A stretch of 64,000 nucleotides of DNA from an uncultured delta proteobacterium (GCA_963705165.1 CAVPJD010000009.1:64001-128000), one strand, 5' to 3'. Shown: positions 30,864 to 43,935, numbered from the stretch's first letter. Program-made: numbers and translations. The notes: generated by a model from the letters alone, not told the origin.

Positions 30864-31082
30864 TCACGGACGTCGTATTCCACACAGTGCGGCCAAATCT
30901 TTCACCCGGCCGCGGAACATGTCCTGCAGGCACTCGGGGATGTGCTGCTGCCTCGTGCGGTGCACGCGGATGCATTCCACGCAGTTTCCGTGACGGTGGC
31001 AGCGCGTCTGCGTGCAGGGACAGTCATCCACCATGCCCGGCATGAGTTTGCGCGCAGCAGTTTCCTTCTGTTTTCGTTTCAT
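30864..31082 (-). CDS. Small Cys/His-rich protein (DUF6485-like)
   Basis: CPCTQTRCHRHGNCVECIRVH...IPEC. Confidence 0.7.
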   Translation of the reverse strand: MKRKQKETAARKLMPGMVDDCPCTQTRCHRHGNCVECIRVHRTRQQHIPECLQDMFRGRVKDLAALCGIRRP

Positions 31083-31184
31083 GGAGTTCTCCGCAATTCG
31101 GTTTCTTCCCCTGCCGGAGAAGCATAACCTTTTTACAACATTAAGAGATTCCTGCCGGAAGAACAATCTTTTTCATCCCTCGCT

Positions 31185-31213
31185 TTGACTTTCGACACGT
31201 CATTATATAGAAT
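31185..31213 (+). promoter_or_regulatory. Sigma70-like promoter
   Basis: ttgact-17 bp-tagaat. Confidence 0.55.
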
Positions 31214-31247
31214 GCGCAAACCTGACGCAGATCGAGGATCGAATGCC

Positions 31248-32693
31248 ATGAACCGCTGGTTTGAGACCCTTCATCGCACTCTGGACAGGGAGAAAATTTC
31301 GGGGAACCCGGAAAAGTCTCGGCTGGTGCCTCTCCAGCATTATGCCGAGTCCCTGGGGGAGTTCCGGGAAACCTTACTGCGCTGGTTTCAGGCAAGCCTG
31401 CCGGGGAAGCGCCGGATTCGCGTCTTTGTGGACGGCTTCCCCAAGAAGTGCTCCGAAGGCCCGACGGCACAAATCGACAAGGAGTTCCGGGCCCTGCTGG
31501 GCGAGGCAGGCATCCCCTTTTGCTGGACGGACCTCTCCGCCGAACTTGCCATACCCCCCGGGGAACTTCATGCCTCCCACGCATGCCTGGAGCAGATCCG
31601 CAGCGTCGTGCGGAGGGGAGAAGAAGATGCAGCGGTTGTCCTGGGCTCCGGAAGCATCACCGATCTGGTGAAACACGCCCTGCATCTGGAGGGCAGGCCC
31701 ATTCCCTTTGTCTCGGTTCCCACGGCCCTCACCGTGACGGCCTTTACATCCGCTTTTGCCATCATCGACTTCCACGGCGCTAAACGCACCCTTCAGTCCA
31801 GACCTGTTTCCGCCGCCTTCTGGGTCAGACCTTTTTTGGAATGCGCCCCCCCAAGTATGTCCCGGGCAGGATACGGGGATCTTCTGGCCCGCTTCGTTGC
31901 TTACGGGGACTGGCTTCTCGGGCACCGCCTGGGGGTCATGGAGCGATATGACGAGTCGGCCTTTCGCCTCATGGAGCCTTTTGCCGGGGGTATCCGGGCG
32001 GCAGCCGGCGGGTTTGCCCGTTATCCACTGCCGCAGGATGCCACGGCGTGTACCGCCGCAGCGCTGGCCATGGCCGGGATTTCCATGTCCACGGCCGGCG
32101 AGACGACCCCCCTTTCCGGCTTCGAGCATGTCATCAGCCACGCCCTCGATTTCCTGAGGCTTACGGCGGGCAGGGATCTCGTCTTTCACGGCGAGCAGGT
32201 CGCTCTGGGCTCCCTCGTGAGCGCCCGGACCTTCGACCGGCTCCTGGGGATGGAGAACCTCAACGGCGTCGCCTGGCGGGATGCGGACATCGGGCAGTCC
32301 TTGCGGGTCCTGGAGGAGCGAATGGCTGCGACCCCCTTTCCTCGCGGAGGGGAGCCCTATCGCGATAAGATAGATGCTGCCCGGGCGGAGTTTTCCGTGG
32401 AATATCGAAAGAAATCAGAGCGCTGGGCGGCGGCCCGTCCCCGTATCCGGTACTTTGTGGATGCCTGGGGGGATATCCGGCTCGAACTCGCCCGATTGAC
32501 CATGCGGGCCGGGGAGATGGAGCCGCTGCTGAAGAAATCGGGCCTGCCCTGCAGACCCGGGGAGACGGATCCGCCCACCACGGAGGAGGAATTCCGGTGG
32601 GCCGTGGCGTTTTCCCCGTTTGTGCGGGTGCGCATGAACCTCTCCGATCTGCTCTTCTGGATGGACAGGGAGGATCTCGTCGTCTTGCCTTGA
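31248..32693 (+). CDS. sn-glycerol-1-phosphate dehydrogenase-like protein (EgsA/AraM family)
   Basis: LGSGSITDLVK, VPTA, AGYGDLLA, SGFEHVISHALD, HGEQVALG. Confidence 0.8.
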   Translation: MNRWFETLHRTLDREKISGNPEKSRLVPLQHYAESLGEFRETLLRWFQASLPGKRRIRVFVDGFPKKCSEGPTAQIDKEFRALLGEAGIPFCWTDLSAELAIPPGELHASHACLEQIRSVVRRGEEDAAVVLGSGSITDLVKHALHLEGRPIPFVSVPTALTVTAFTSAFAIIDFHGAKRTLQSRPVSAAFWVRPFLECAPPSMSRAGYGDLLARFVAYGDWLLGHRLGVMERYDESAFRLMEPFAGGIRAAAGGFARYPLPQDATACTAAALAMAGISMSTAGETTPLSGFEHVISHALDFLRLTAGRDLVFHGEQVALGSLVSARTFDRLLGMENLNGVAWRDADIGQSLRVLEERMAATPFPRGGEPYRDKIDAARAEFSVEYRKKSERWAAARPRIRYFVDAWGDIRLELARLTMRAGEMEPLLKKSGLPCRPGETDPPTTEEEFRWAVAFSPFVRVRMNLSDLLFWMDREDLVVLP

Positions 32694-32719
32694 CAAAGCG
32701 GCAGTATTTTTCATATAGA
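32690..32719 (+). promoter_or_regulatory. Sigma70-like promoter of the ABC operon
   Basis: ttgaca (overlapping the upstream stop)-18 bp-tataga. Confidence 0.45.
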
Positions 32720-32828
32720 CAGCGCGGGAAAACTAGGGTGCCGGAAGTAGAATAACCAATCCAGGCTCCGGCCCGGGTTGGACAATCACAATCACATCTC
32801 GAGGAAGAAAAATCGAGGAGGAGGGGCC

Positions 32829-33854
32829 ATGAAACGCATGCGATCGAAATGGGCGGTCCTGACAGCGGGCCTGATCCTGCTGTCGGCCGTGTCGGCAGGT
32901 TCGGCCTTCGGTGCGGAGCCGGTCAAGGGCAAGGTCATGATCTACAGCTCCATCTATCTGCACATCATCGAGCAGCTCAAGCCGGTGTTGAAAAAAACGT
33001 TCCCCGAGCTGGACGTGCAGTGGTTCTACGGGGGCTCGGAAAAGGTGATTGCGAAGCTCGTGGCGGAGTTCGATCAGGGCAGCACCATGGCGGACCTGAT
33101 CATGATCGCCGACCCGGCCTACTACAACACCCTCAAGCGCGAAGGCCGTCTCCTGCAGTACAAATCGCCCAACGCGAAATATGTCCTGCCACTGTGGCTC
33201 GATAAGGACGGCTACTTCTCCGGCGTGCGGATCAACGTCATCGGAATCGCCTACAACAAGAATCTCGTGGCGGCCAAGGATCTCCCCAAGACCTGGTGGG
33301 ACCTGGCAGACCCCAAGTGGCAGGGAAAGGTGGGAATGCCGAACCCGCTTCTGTCCGGGACGGCCTTTGCGGGGACGGCGGGCCTCGTGCGCTCGCCGAA
33401 GCACGGATGGCCCTTCTTCGAGGCCCTCCGGAAAAACCGGATCGCCTGTGAGCCCGGAAACGGCGCCGTGGAAACGAAGCTGCTCTCCGGCCAGCTCGCC
33501 GTGGCGATGCTCCTCGAGGAGAACGTTCTGAAGGCGATCAGTGAGAAAAAACCCCTGGGGTTCGTTTACCCCTCCGACGGTCCCATCGTGAACCCATCCG
33601 GTATCGCCATCATGAAGAACACGAAGAACCCTGCAGCGGCCAAGGCCGTTTATGACTTCTTCCTCTCCAGGGAAGGCCAGCAGGCGATCCTTGCGGGCTG
33701 GATGCACTCCGTCAGGCCCGACATGCCCCCGCCGGCCAATGCAGCCATGAAGATCGGGGAGATCAACAAGTTCGCCATGCCCATGGACTGGGATGCCATC
33801 AGCCGGGAGCCCGAAAAGGTCAAGGAACGATTCGACAAGACGGTTCTCCGGTAA
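32829..33854 (+). CDS. ABC substrate-binding protein (FbpA/AfuA-like)
   Basis: Signal peptide; IAYNKNLV, PKTWWDLADPKWQGK, MPNPLLSGTA; ggagg RBS. Confidence 0.9.
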   Translation: MKRMRSKWAVLTAGLILLSAVSAGSAFGAEPVKGKVMIYSSIYLHIIEQLKPVLKKTFPELDVQWFYGGSEKVIAKLVAEFDQGSTMADLIMIADPAYYNTLKREGRLLQYKSPNAKYVLPLWLDKDGYFSGVRINVIGIAYNKNLVAAKDLPKTWWDLADPKWQGKVGMPNPLLSGTAFAGTAGLVRSPKHGWPFFEALRKNRIACEPGNGAVETKLLSGQLAVAMLLEENVLKAISEKKPLGFVYPSDGPIVNPSGIAIMKNTKNPAAAKAVYDFFLSREGQQAILAGWMHSVRPDMPPPANAAMKIGEINKFAMPMDWDAISREPEKVKERFDKTVLR

Positions 33855-33929
33855 ATTGACAGCTTGTTCCCCCGCCGGCCGGGCCATGCTTCGGCCGGCG
33901 GGGATTTCTCTTGCGGAGCGGTGCCCTTC

Positions 33930-35615
33930 ATGGCCTCGATCGGGAGGATCTTCAGCGCGCGCAATCTCGTCATCGGCTTCGCCCTGCTGTTTCTTGTCGT
34001 CTTCGTCCTTTTTCCCCTGGTCCTTCTTGTCTTGAGGAGCTTTCTGGGACCGGAAGGGGAGATCAGCCTCCAGAACTACATCGCCGTCTACGGCAAGGAA
34101 CATAACTGGGATGCCGTGGTGACGACCCTCTGGGTCTGCGGCCTCACCATGTTCTTCTCCATGATCTTCGCCACGGGGCTTGCATGGCTCGTGGTGCGCA
34201 GCAATCTTCCCTGGCGGCGTCAGTTCCGCTCTCTCTTCTTCATCCCCTACGTGATCCCGCCCTACGTGGGGGCCATCGCCTGGATCCTGCTGCTCACACC
34301 GGGTGTGGGGTATATCAACAAGATATTGATTGAGTCCTTCGGCGCCGACATGCCCGGCCCCTTCGACATCTACACCGTCCCCGGCCTGGTGTGGGTCATG
34401 ACCCTGTTCTACTATCCCCTGGCCTTTCTGAATGTGGCAAGCGCCCTCGAGCAGATGGACAACTCCCTCGAGGAGGCCGCCCGCATCAGCGGCGCCCATC
34501 CCTTGCGGGTATTCTGGGACATCACGCTGCCCCTGGTCTCCCCCAGCTTTTTCGCGGGGGGGCTTCTGGTATTTGCCGCCTCCGCCTCCGCCTTCGGGGT
34601 CCCCGCCATGATCGGCATGCCCAGCCGCATCTATGTGCTCTCCACCCAGGTCATCCAGTACGTCTACATGGGGACGACGTCGGGGATGCGTGAGGCAACG
34701 GCCCTGTCGGTCGTTCTCATGGTCATCGCCGTTATCACCATGACCCTCGGGAACCGCCTCCTGAGCCGCAAACGCTACACCCTTGTGGGGGGAAAGAGTG
34801 CCCGCGTGCTGCCAGTCTCGCTGGGCCGCTTCAAGATTCCGGCCCTCCTCTTTTCGGGTCTGCTGGGTTTTGTCCTGGTGATCCTGCCCATCGGGGCCAT
34901 TGTGGTGACCTCCTTCATCCGGGTTTTCGGGGAGCCGATCACCCTGGAGAACCTGAGCCTGGAGCACTATGCGTACATTCTGACGTTCAAGACGGCCATG
35001 GAGGCCTTTCAGAACAGCTTCTTCCTGGGCATCGTGGCGGCAACCCTGGCTCTCTTCGTGGCAAGCCTCATCGCCTACTACCGGGTCAAGGTGAAGAGCC
35101 CCCTGGCCCGGGCGGCAGACCTCATCGCCACAATCCCCTACGCCACGCCGGGGACGGTCATCGCGCTGGCGCTGATCATCGCCTTTTCGGGGAAATACGG
35201 GCTCAACCTGTACAACACCTTCGCAATTCTGATCGTGGCCTACATCGTCAAGTATCTGGCCTTCTCCGTTCGTACGGTCTGCGCCTCCCTGGAGCAGATC
35301 GATCTTTCGCTGGAGGAGGCCGCACAGATCTCCGGGGCAAGCTGGATCCAGAGCTTCCGCGATATCATCCTGCCGCTCGTGCGGCCGGGACTGATTGCCG
35401 CTTGGTTTCTTGTGTTCATGACAACCTTCTATGAGTTGACGATGACGATCCTTCTCTATGGACCCGAGACGCTCAATCTGGGCGTCATCCTGTTCGAGAT
35501 GCAGACCTACTCCAACCAGCAGGCGGCCTCCGTGCTGTCCGTGCTGATCCTCGTGGTGGTCCTGGTGGGAAATGTGCTGGTTTCGAAAATCACGAAAGGA
35601 AAGATCACCATCTGA
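33930..35615 (+). CDS. ABC permease, duplicated domain (FbpB/AfuB-like)
   Basis: Two EAA motifs (LEEAARISGA, LEEAAQISGA); PPYVGA. Confidence 0.92.
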   Translation: MASIGRIFSARNLVIGFALLFLVVFVLFPLVLLVLRSFLGPEGEISLQNYIAVYGKEHNWDAVVTTLWVCGLTMFFSMIFATGLAWLVVRSNLPWRRQFRSLFFIPYVIPPYVGAIAWILLLTPGVGYINKILIESFGADMPGPFDIYTVPGLVWVMTLFYYPLAFLNVASALEQMDNSLEEAARISGAHPLRVFWDITLPLVSPSFFAGGLLVFAASASAFGVPAMIGMPSRIYVLSTQVIQYVYMGTTSGMREATALSVVLMVIAVITMTLGNRLLSRKRYTLVGGKSARVLPVSLGRFKIPALLFSGLLGFVLVILPIGAIVVTSFIRVFGEPITLENLSLEHYAYILTFKTAMEAFQNSFFLGIVAATLALFVASLIAYYRVKVKSPLARAADLIATIPYATPGTVIALALIIAFSGKYGLNLYNTFAILIVAYIVKYLAFSVRTVCASLEQIDLSLEEAAQISGASWIQSFRDIILPLVRPGLIAAWFLVFMTTFYELTMTILLYGPETLNLGVILFEMQTYSNQQAASVLSVLILVVVLVGNVLVSKITKGKITI

Positions 35616-35655
35616 TGAACCGCAATGCAGACGCAGAGGAATATCAACGCGGGAT

Positions 35656-35717
35656 GTCATTCCTGGCTTGACCAGGAATCCAGACAAGGACTGGATCCCC
35701 GCCTCCGCGGGGATGAC
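35656..35717. repeat. REP/RPE4-like palindromic element
   Basis: gtcattcctggcttgaccaggaatccag-acaagga-ctggatccccgcctccgcggggatgac; GTCAT...ATGAC ends with two inner hairpins. Confidence 0.8.
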
Positions 35718-35753
35718 GACGCGGGATCAGGAAACGGAAGGAAAAAACAATTC

Positions 35754-36833
35754 ATGGCTGATGTGAGACTGGAAGACGTATCGAAGAAGTTCGGCAACGT
35801 GGAGGCCGTGGCGGCATTCAGCGAGACCATCCGGGAAGGGGAGTTCGTGTCCCTGCTGGGGCCTTCGGGCTGCGGCAAGACCACGACGCTGAGGATCATC
35901 GCCGGGTTCGAGAGAGCCACGACGGGGCGTGTGTTCATCGGGACCGAACTGGTGAGCTGCTCGGAGACCAGGACCTACAAGCCTCCGGAAGACCGCAACA
36001 TCGGGATGGTATTCCAGTCCTACGCTGTCTGGCCCCACATGAATGTCTTTGCCAACGTCGCATACCCCCTGAAAGTCCGCGGCACATCGAAAAAGACAAT
36101 CCAGGAGAATGTCGGTCGCGTTCTCGACCTGGTGCACCTGGAAGGCCTGGAGAAGCGTCTTCCCAGCCAGCTCTCCGGGGGCCAGCAGCAGCGCGTGGCC
36201 CTGGCCCGGGCGTTGGTGGCCGAACCCTCCCTTCTGCTTCTGGACGAGCCGCTCTCCAACCTGGACGCCAAGCTGCGCGAGAGCATGCGCTTCGAGATCA
36301 AGGACGTACAGCGCCGCCTCGGGATCACCGTCATCTACGTGACCCACGACCAGGCCGAGGCCATGGTCATGTCCGACCGGATCATCGTCATGGACAAGGG
36401 CTATGTCCAGCAGACGGGCAGGCCGAAAGATATCTATGAATTGCCCGCCAACCGTTTTGTGGCCGACTTCATCGGACTCATTAATTTCATGGACGGCACG
36501 CTGGTTTCCGTGGAAGGCGCCGAGGGGGTTGTAGCCCTGACCGATGTCCCGGGGCCCGTGCATCTGAAGGGCCGCCTCCACTCTGAAATGAAGACGGGGG
36601 AGCGGGTCGTCCTGGCGGCCCGCCCGGAATCGATCACCGTGTCGGGTCATCAGTCCCCCGGCGCGATTCCCGGGCGCCTGGTCCGGAAGATCTATCTGGG
36701 AAACGAAATGGACTACCGGGTGGCCCTCGGCCCCCAGGAGGTTCGGGCCACGGGACCTGCCGCCGCCGATGACCTGGCGGATGGAAGCGACGTGTGGATG
36801 TCCTTCACCAAGGTCCTTGCGATGCCGTTTTAG
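35754..36833 (+). CDS. ABC ATP-binding protein (FbpC/PotA-like)
   Basis: [29 protein letters not shown]-terminal TOBE-like region. Confidence 0.95.
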   Translation: MADVRLEDVSKKFGNVEAVAAFSETIREGEFVSLLGPSGCGKTTTLRIIAGFERATTGRVFIGTELVSCSETRTYKPPEDRNIGMVFQSYAVWPHMNVFANVAYPLKVRGTSKKTIQENVGRVLDLVHLEGLEKRLPSQLSGGQQQRVALARALVAEPSLLLLDEPLSNLDAKLRESMRFEIKDVQRRLGITVIYVTHDQAEAMVMSDRIIVMDKGYVQQTGRPKDIYELPANRFVADFIGLINFMDGTLVSVEGAEGVVALTDVPGPVHLKGRLHSEMKTGERVVLAARPESITVSGHQSPGAIPGRLVRKIYLGNEMDYRVALGPQEVRATGPAAADDLADGSDVWMSFTKVLAMPF

Positions 36834-36998
36834 AACGCCCGGCAATCTCTGATCATCCAACCTCTTCGCCCGGGCCAAACAAAAAAAGGGATTTGGCAAC
36901 CATGCAAAATCCCACCCCTCCCCTGCAGACACAATCTTTTACGGCTAAATAAATCGTTGACAAACTTTCGGGAGAAGCGTAGACAATAAGCGTTATTT

Positions 36999-37015
36999 TT
37001 AAATAATCATTATCG
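36999..37015 (+). promoter_or_regulatory. Per/Fur box upstream of perR
   Basis: ATAAT-c-ATTAT core downstream of ttgaca (36957). Confidence 0.65.
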
Positions 37016-37034
37016 TCAAAGCCAGGTGATGGGG

Positions 37035-37490
37035 ATGCAACAAAGGGATTTAATAGAACCCCAAAAGCGCGTCGAGGAGATGCTTTCCAAACTGAAAAGC
37101 CGCGATTTCCGCATTACGCCCCAGCGCCTGGCCATACTCAGAATTCTGGCCGAAAGCGATGGGCATCCAAGCGTCGACACCATATATCAGGAAGTTAAGG
37201 CCGAATTCCCCACGACAAGCCTGGCCACGGTATACAAAACGGTTTCTCTTCTCAAGGAGCTGAACGAGGTCCTGGAACTTGGCTTTCCCGATGGGAGCAA
37301 TCGCTACGATGGAAACAATCCGGTGCCTCACCCTCACGCAATCTGCATGAAGTGCAAGAAAATCATGGATCCCGAATTGATGAACATTGACGCACTCAGC
37401 GAAGAGATGAGCCGCAAGACGGGATATAAAATCTTCTATCACCGCCTGGATTTCTTCGGTCTTTGCCCGGAATGTCAGCAGAAAAACTAA
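37035..37490 (+). CDS. perR: Fur-family regulator, PerR-like
   Basis: RITPQR, GHPS, SLATVYK, RYDG, HPHAICMKC, CPEC; directly upstream of katG. Confidence 0.85.
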   Translation: MQQRDLIEPQKRVEEMLSKLKSRDFRITPQRLAILRILAESDGHPSVDTIYQEVKAEFPTTSLATVYKTVSLLKELNEVLELGFPDGSNRYDGNNPVPHPHAICMKCKKIMDPELMNIDALSEEMSRKTGYKIFYHRLDFFGLCPECQQKN

Positions 37491-37540
37491 TCTCCTCGTG
37501 CTCTGTGGCACTATTTTATGGCTCTTTTTTTACTTGGTAA

Positions 37541-37557
37541 TAGATAATGATTCTTTA
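37541..37557 (+). promoter_or_regulatory. Per/Fur box upstream of katG
   Basis: agATAAT-g-ATTcTtt. Confidence 0.6.
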
Positions 37558-37576
37558 TAGACATTAAGAATCATGA

Positions 37577-39838
<2,262 letters not shown>

Positions 39839-40079
39839 TCGTCGCATAACCGTCTTCGAGGGCGACAGGGCGGCGAAAAAGAAGTGGACCAAGGCCGATC
39901 AAGGCCTATGAAGACGTGAGATTCAAAAGGACTGTAAACGGCGGGAGTGCCTGGAGGTGACGTGAGGCAGCGACGGGAGTGACGAAGTCGTTCGGCTTTC
40001 CCTTGAGGTAAAGCCGCCCCTTAGGGTGTGCAAAACAACATCGTGTTGCAGATTTAATTTTCAGGGAGGTAGGAGTTTT

Positions 40080-41260
40080 ATGACGGAATATGATCTCTTT
40101 AAAGTTTTCCCAAGAATGCCGAAGAAGGTCATGATCGGCGACATCACGATTCGCGACGGCTTCCAGCACGAGGAGAGGTTCATCTCCACGAATGCCAAGA
40201 TTTTCTACGGAAGGGGAGCATCCTGGCGGGCTGCAAGGAACTCGAGGCCACCAACCTGGGCAGTGCGGTGACGACGCCCCAGTTCAGCGATGCCGACGAA
40301 GTGATGAAGGCCATGCGCAGCGACGAGTTCAAAAAACGCTGCGAGCGCGCCAAGATCAAGTATAACGAGCTGGTTTTCACAAACGTGACGATCCGCGAGA
40401 CTGCCGTGGACCGCGCCATCGAGATGAAGAAGAAGGGCTACGGCCCGGACCGCATCCTGATGATGGTCTCGACGGACCCCGAGCACCACTTCGCCAACTC
40501 CGGCACGACGCTCTCCCAGTACTGGAGAGAGGCCGAGCGCTGCATCAAGAAGGCAACCGATGCCGGCATCAAGATGTGCGGCACGGTCTCCACGATCTGG
40601 GGCAGCCCCATCAGCGGCGCAACGAAGCTGGAAGACGCCGTTGAGTTCACGAAGCGATGGTTCTCCATCGGCGCCTACGACATCGAGCACGCCGACCACG
40701 ACGGCTCCGCCAACGGCGCCGACGTGTACCGCTACTTCTCGATGTCCTCGATGCCATGCCCAACGCGAGGCCACCTTGCCGCCGGCACGAGACCAAGCGC
40801 ATCGCCTCGCAGTCGATCCTGGCAGCGCTGAGGCGGGGCTTGCCCGTTTGAGGGGACGCTGGGCGGTCTGGGCGGGCAGCAGGCCAACTTCCTCGACGAC
40901 TGCCCCATCCGCGGCACCGGTGAGTATTACTACAAGGATCACCGGTTCGTAGGGCTGATCTGCCTGGAGGACCTTATCGTGCAGATCGACGAGCTGGGCA
41001 TCGAGCATGGCTACGACGTGGACCGTATGCTGTGGCTGGGCTAGAAGCTGGAGAAGACCTGCGGGCGCAGGCTGCGCAGCGAGGCCGTCAACAACGGCAG
41101 CACGGCGAAGGGAGGGAATCCTCAGTTTGGCCGCCCGGGCCTGAAGAAGCTCGTCGAGAAGGAAGGCGAAAAGCCCGGCGCGAGAGTTCCGGCCGAGTGG
41201 CCTGCCGAAGTGAAGCTGGGCGACAAGTGGGGACCGACGGCAGACGTGTGGAAGAAGTAG
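40080..41260 (+). pseudogene. HMG-CoA lyase-like / pyruvate carboxyltransferase (DRE-TIM) family, disrupted
   Basis: GDITIRDGFQHE, EHADHDG, EGTLGGLGG; frameshifts near 40210-40265 and 40745-40850, in-frame TAG at 41042. Confidence 0.8.
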
Positions 41261-41480
41261 AAGCATCGGTAACGGACAAGCATCCAAAATGGATGAAATG
41301 TATTTGCAGGGCAGGGCTGGCAAACGGCCCTGCCCTGTTTCAGGATAGCCCTGTAACTGCCTTGATCTCCACGTCCGAAAAATCATCCAAGCCCATTCTG
41401 CGGCACCGACGGAGGGAAAACATGGTAGTGAAACGGTCGGCCATGACAATGGGATCAGGATCGATCTCAGAGAGGTTCCG

Positions 41481-42610
41481 ATGACCGTGGAAGGAAATCT
41501 GTCATTGCTGCGCAAGTACTGGCAGTCGGAAATCGTTGCCGATCGCCTGTACGGCTTTCTTGCCGCTCGATGCAGCGATGCGGAGCACAGAGAAATTATT
41601 TTAAAAATCGGGCGTATGGAGCAGGGGCACGCAACGGTCTGGAGCCGTATCGCCGACAAGTCCCATGGCGCCAGGTTCGAAGTTACCCTTTCCCTGAGGT
41701 TGAAAATCCTCTTGGGAAAACTGCTTTCAGTCGTCCTTCCGTTCACCATCTTCATCCATTACATGGAGCACGAGGAGCGAAACGCGATCCTCGAGTACTC
41801 CAAGCTGCTCGATGCATACAAGCACGACGAAGACACCCGCAAGATCATCACCAATATCATCCGGCAGGAAATCGCCCACGAGTGGCAGATGATGGAGCAG
41901 ATTGCCGACAAAGAAGCCTATATAGAAAAGACCCGGGAAGCGATGGATGCCATGACCATCGGGAGTATCGAGACGCTGGGAGTGGTCATCGGCCTGCTCG
42001 CTGCGCACGCATCGACGCTGACGATCGGGTTGACAGGGCTTCATCGCGTGCACTCGGGGGGCTCATCGCGATCATGTCCACATCCTATGTCACATCGAAA
42101 GCAACCTCCGATCTGCACGAGGGCTGAACCCGGGAAATCCATATAAAAAGGGACATCAATCCCGCCGTCCTGAAACGGGAGCTGGAAAAGGCCCTCATCG
42201 GGAAAGGAATCGGCAGTGAAACGGTCAAAGACATCATGGGGATCATCGGGGATGACACGTCCATCCTGTCCAACCTGGTCAAATCGATGAAATCATTGGG
42301 CGAGGTCGGCGAGCCGAAAGAGGCCATTAAAACCTCCGGCTTGTTTTTCATCTTCGGAGCCGTACCGATCCTGATCCCCTTCTTCGTCGGGGTCATGGGG
42401 AATCTCGCTCCCTTTATCCCCGCGGTGACCGCCTTTGTCGTGGCCGTTTTCACGATATCAACGGCAGGGTTCTTTGTCGCGGTTCTGTCCGGGAAAAAGA
42501 TATTCATGAAGATCGCGCACAATATCTTCGTCATCATGGGGACGTGCGCCGTCACCTATGCGGTAGGCCTTGCCGCCCGGATTCTTTTGGGAATCGATGT
42601 GGTTCATTGA
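41481..42610 (+). pseudogene. Rubrerythrin/ferritin-like domain fused to VIT1/CCC1 membrane domain, disrupted
   Basis: ExxH motifs (EQGH, EIAH), hydrophobic C-terminus FGAVPILIPF; frameshift ~42045 and in-frame TGA at 42125. Confidence 0.75.
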
Positions 42611-42699
42611 CACGGTTTTCGAGAAGAGGATAATAAAAAACGGGGCCTCGCAATGGAGGTCCCGTTATATATTTTCTGGCGACGCAGGCGGAACTTTCC

Positions 42700-43935
42700 T
42701 CATAGTTGACTGTACGGCCAGGCGGTGATGCCCGATCCAAGGGGAAGCTTGACCTCGCCCGGGTGAACCACGTAGCCGGGCAATGCCCTGCCGTCAAAGT
42801 CTTTCTGAAATGTTTTGATCGATGTAGCCATCGCAGGCCGCGGTGTGGAGGAAAGCTTCACTTCAATCGGAACGAGCTTTGCGCCGGTTTCAATGACGAA
42901 ATCCACTTCCGTTCCCGTGGATGTCCGCCAGAAATAAACCTGCGGATCGATACCCCGATGGGTGAGCGACTTGACGATTTCCGACAGAACCGCCGTTTCC
43001 ATGATTGCACCCGCCAGAGGGCTGGCGGCGGCGTGCTCGGGGTCTCTCAGGCCCGTGAGATAACAAAGCATTCCCACGTCCGTGAAGTAGGCCTTCGGTG
43101 TCTTGACGAGCCGCTTGTTGAGATTGGCAAAATACGGGCGGATCACCATGACCTGATAGGTGGCCTCCAGCACGGAAAGCCAGGCCTTGGCTGTGTTGAC
43201 GGCCACTCCAAGGTCCCTGGCCAAGTCGGTGAGATTCAACAGCTGGGCGCTGCGGGCGGCCAGCGCCCGAAGGAAGCTCTGGAACTGAGAGAGATCGCCG
43301 ACCTGGCGGATGGTCCGCACATCCCGTTCAAGGTATGTCTGGACATAGCCGGCATGCCACAGATTGACGTCGCGGCAGGGATTTGCAATCAATTCCGAGA
43401 ATCCGCCTTGCAGAAACCCTTTCCAGAGATTCCGGCGTGAGACCGCTGCCGTTGGTGCATCCCGGTATTCCGGCTCCCACGGCAGGGGGGCCTGAGGCCG
43501 GCCGGCCACCTCCCGGTGCGAAAGCGGCAGAAGCCGAAGTATGGCGGCACGGCCTGCCAGCGTCTCGGTGACCTTCTCCATGAGTAGAATATTCTGGGAG
43601 CCTATCAGCAGGTACTGCCCGGGGCTGTCCCGATGGTGGTCGATCATTTCCTTGATGTACGGGAGAATTTCCGGGACGTACTGCACCTCATCGAAGATAA
43701 CGGGCGGCGGGTGCATCTCCAGGAAACCTCTTGGATCTTCCATCGCAGCCGCCCTGATATCGAGCGGTTCCATGGATACATAATGGAACTTCGCGTTGAA
43801 GAGATGCTTGAGAAGCGTCGTTTTACCGGACTGGCGCGGACCGGTGAGCACCACTGCCGGGAATTCCTCGGCAGCCCTTTTCAGGACCGGTTCCAGCGAT
43901 CTCTTGATGTACTTAGCGGGCATGAGAGCCTTCAT
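42700..43935 (-). CDS. AAA_14 ATPase with wHTH and DUF4143 (PD-(D/E)xK-like) C-terminus
   Basis: GPRQSGKTT, FDEVQ, YLERDV, KRLVKTPK, EVDFV...PIEVK; start 43935 or 43923. Confidence 0.92.
   Translation of the reverse strand: MKALMPAKYIKRSLEPVLKRAAEEFPAVVLTGPRQSGKTTLLKHLFNAKFHYVSMEPLDIRAAAMEDPRGFLEMHPPPVIFDEVQYVPEILPYIKEMIDHHRDSPGQYLLIGSQNILLMEKVTETLAGRAAILRLLPLSHREVAGRPQAPLPWEPEYRDAPTAAVSRRNLWKGFLQGGFSELIANPCRDVNLWHAGYVQTYLERDVRTIRQVGDLSQFQSFLRALAARSAQLLNLTDLARDLGVAVNTAKAWLSVLEATYQVMVIRPYFANLNKRLVKTPKAYFTDVGMLCYLTGLRDPEHAAASPLAGAIMETAVLSEIVKSLTHRGIDPQVYFWRTSTGTEVDFVIETGAKLVPIEVKLSSTPRPAMATSIKTFQKDFDGRALPGYVVHPGEVKLPLGSGITAWPYSQL

Noticed and set aside
32733..32785. TPP riboswitch before the ABC operon
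   Set aside because: It begins ctagggtgc but lacks the CTGAGA and downstream core; only a simple hairpin is visible.
32733..35687. Long antisense ORFs (also 13937-16402, 25347-27428, 18368-19606)
   Set aside because: They are shadows of well-supported genes in GC-rich DNA and have no protein motifs.
41042..42127. In-frame TAG/TGA as pyrrolysine or selenocysteine
   Set aside because: Both genes also have frameshifts, and the positions do not look catalytic; CAG>TAG and CGA>TGA changes explain them.
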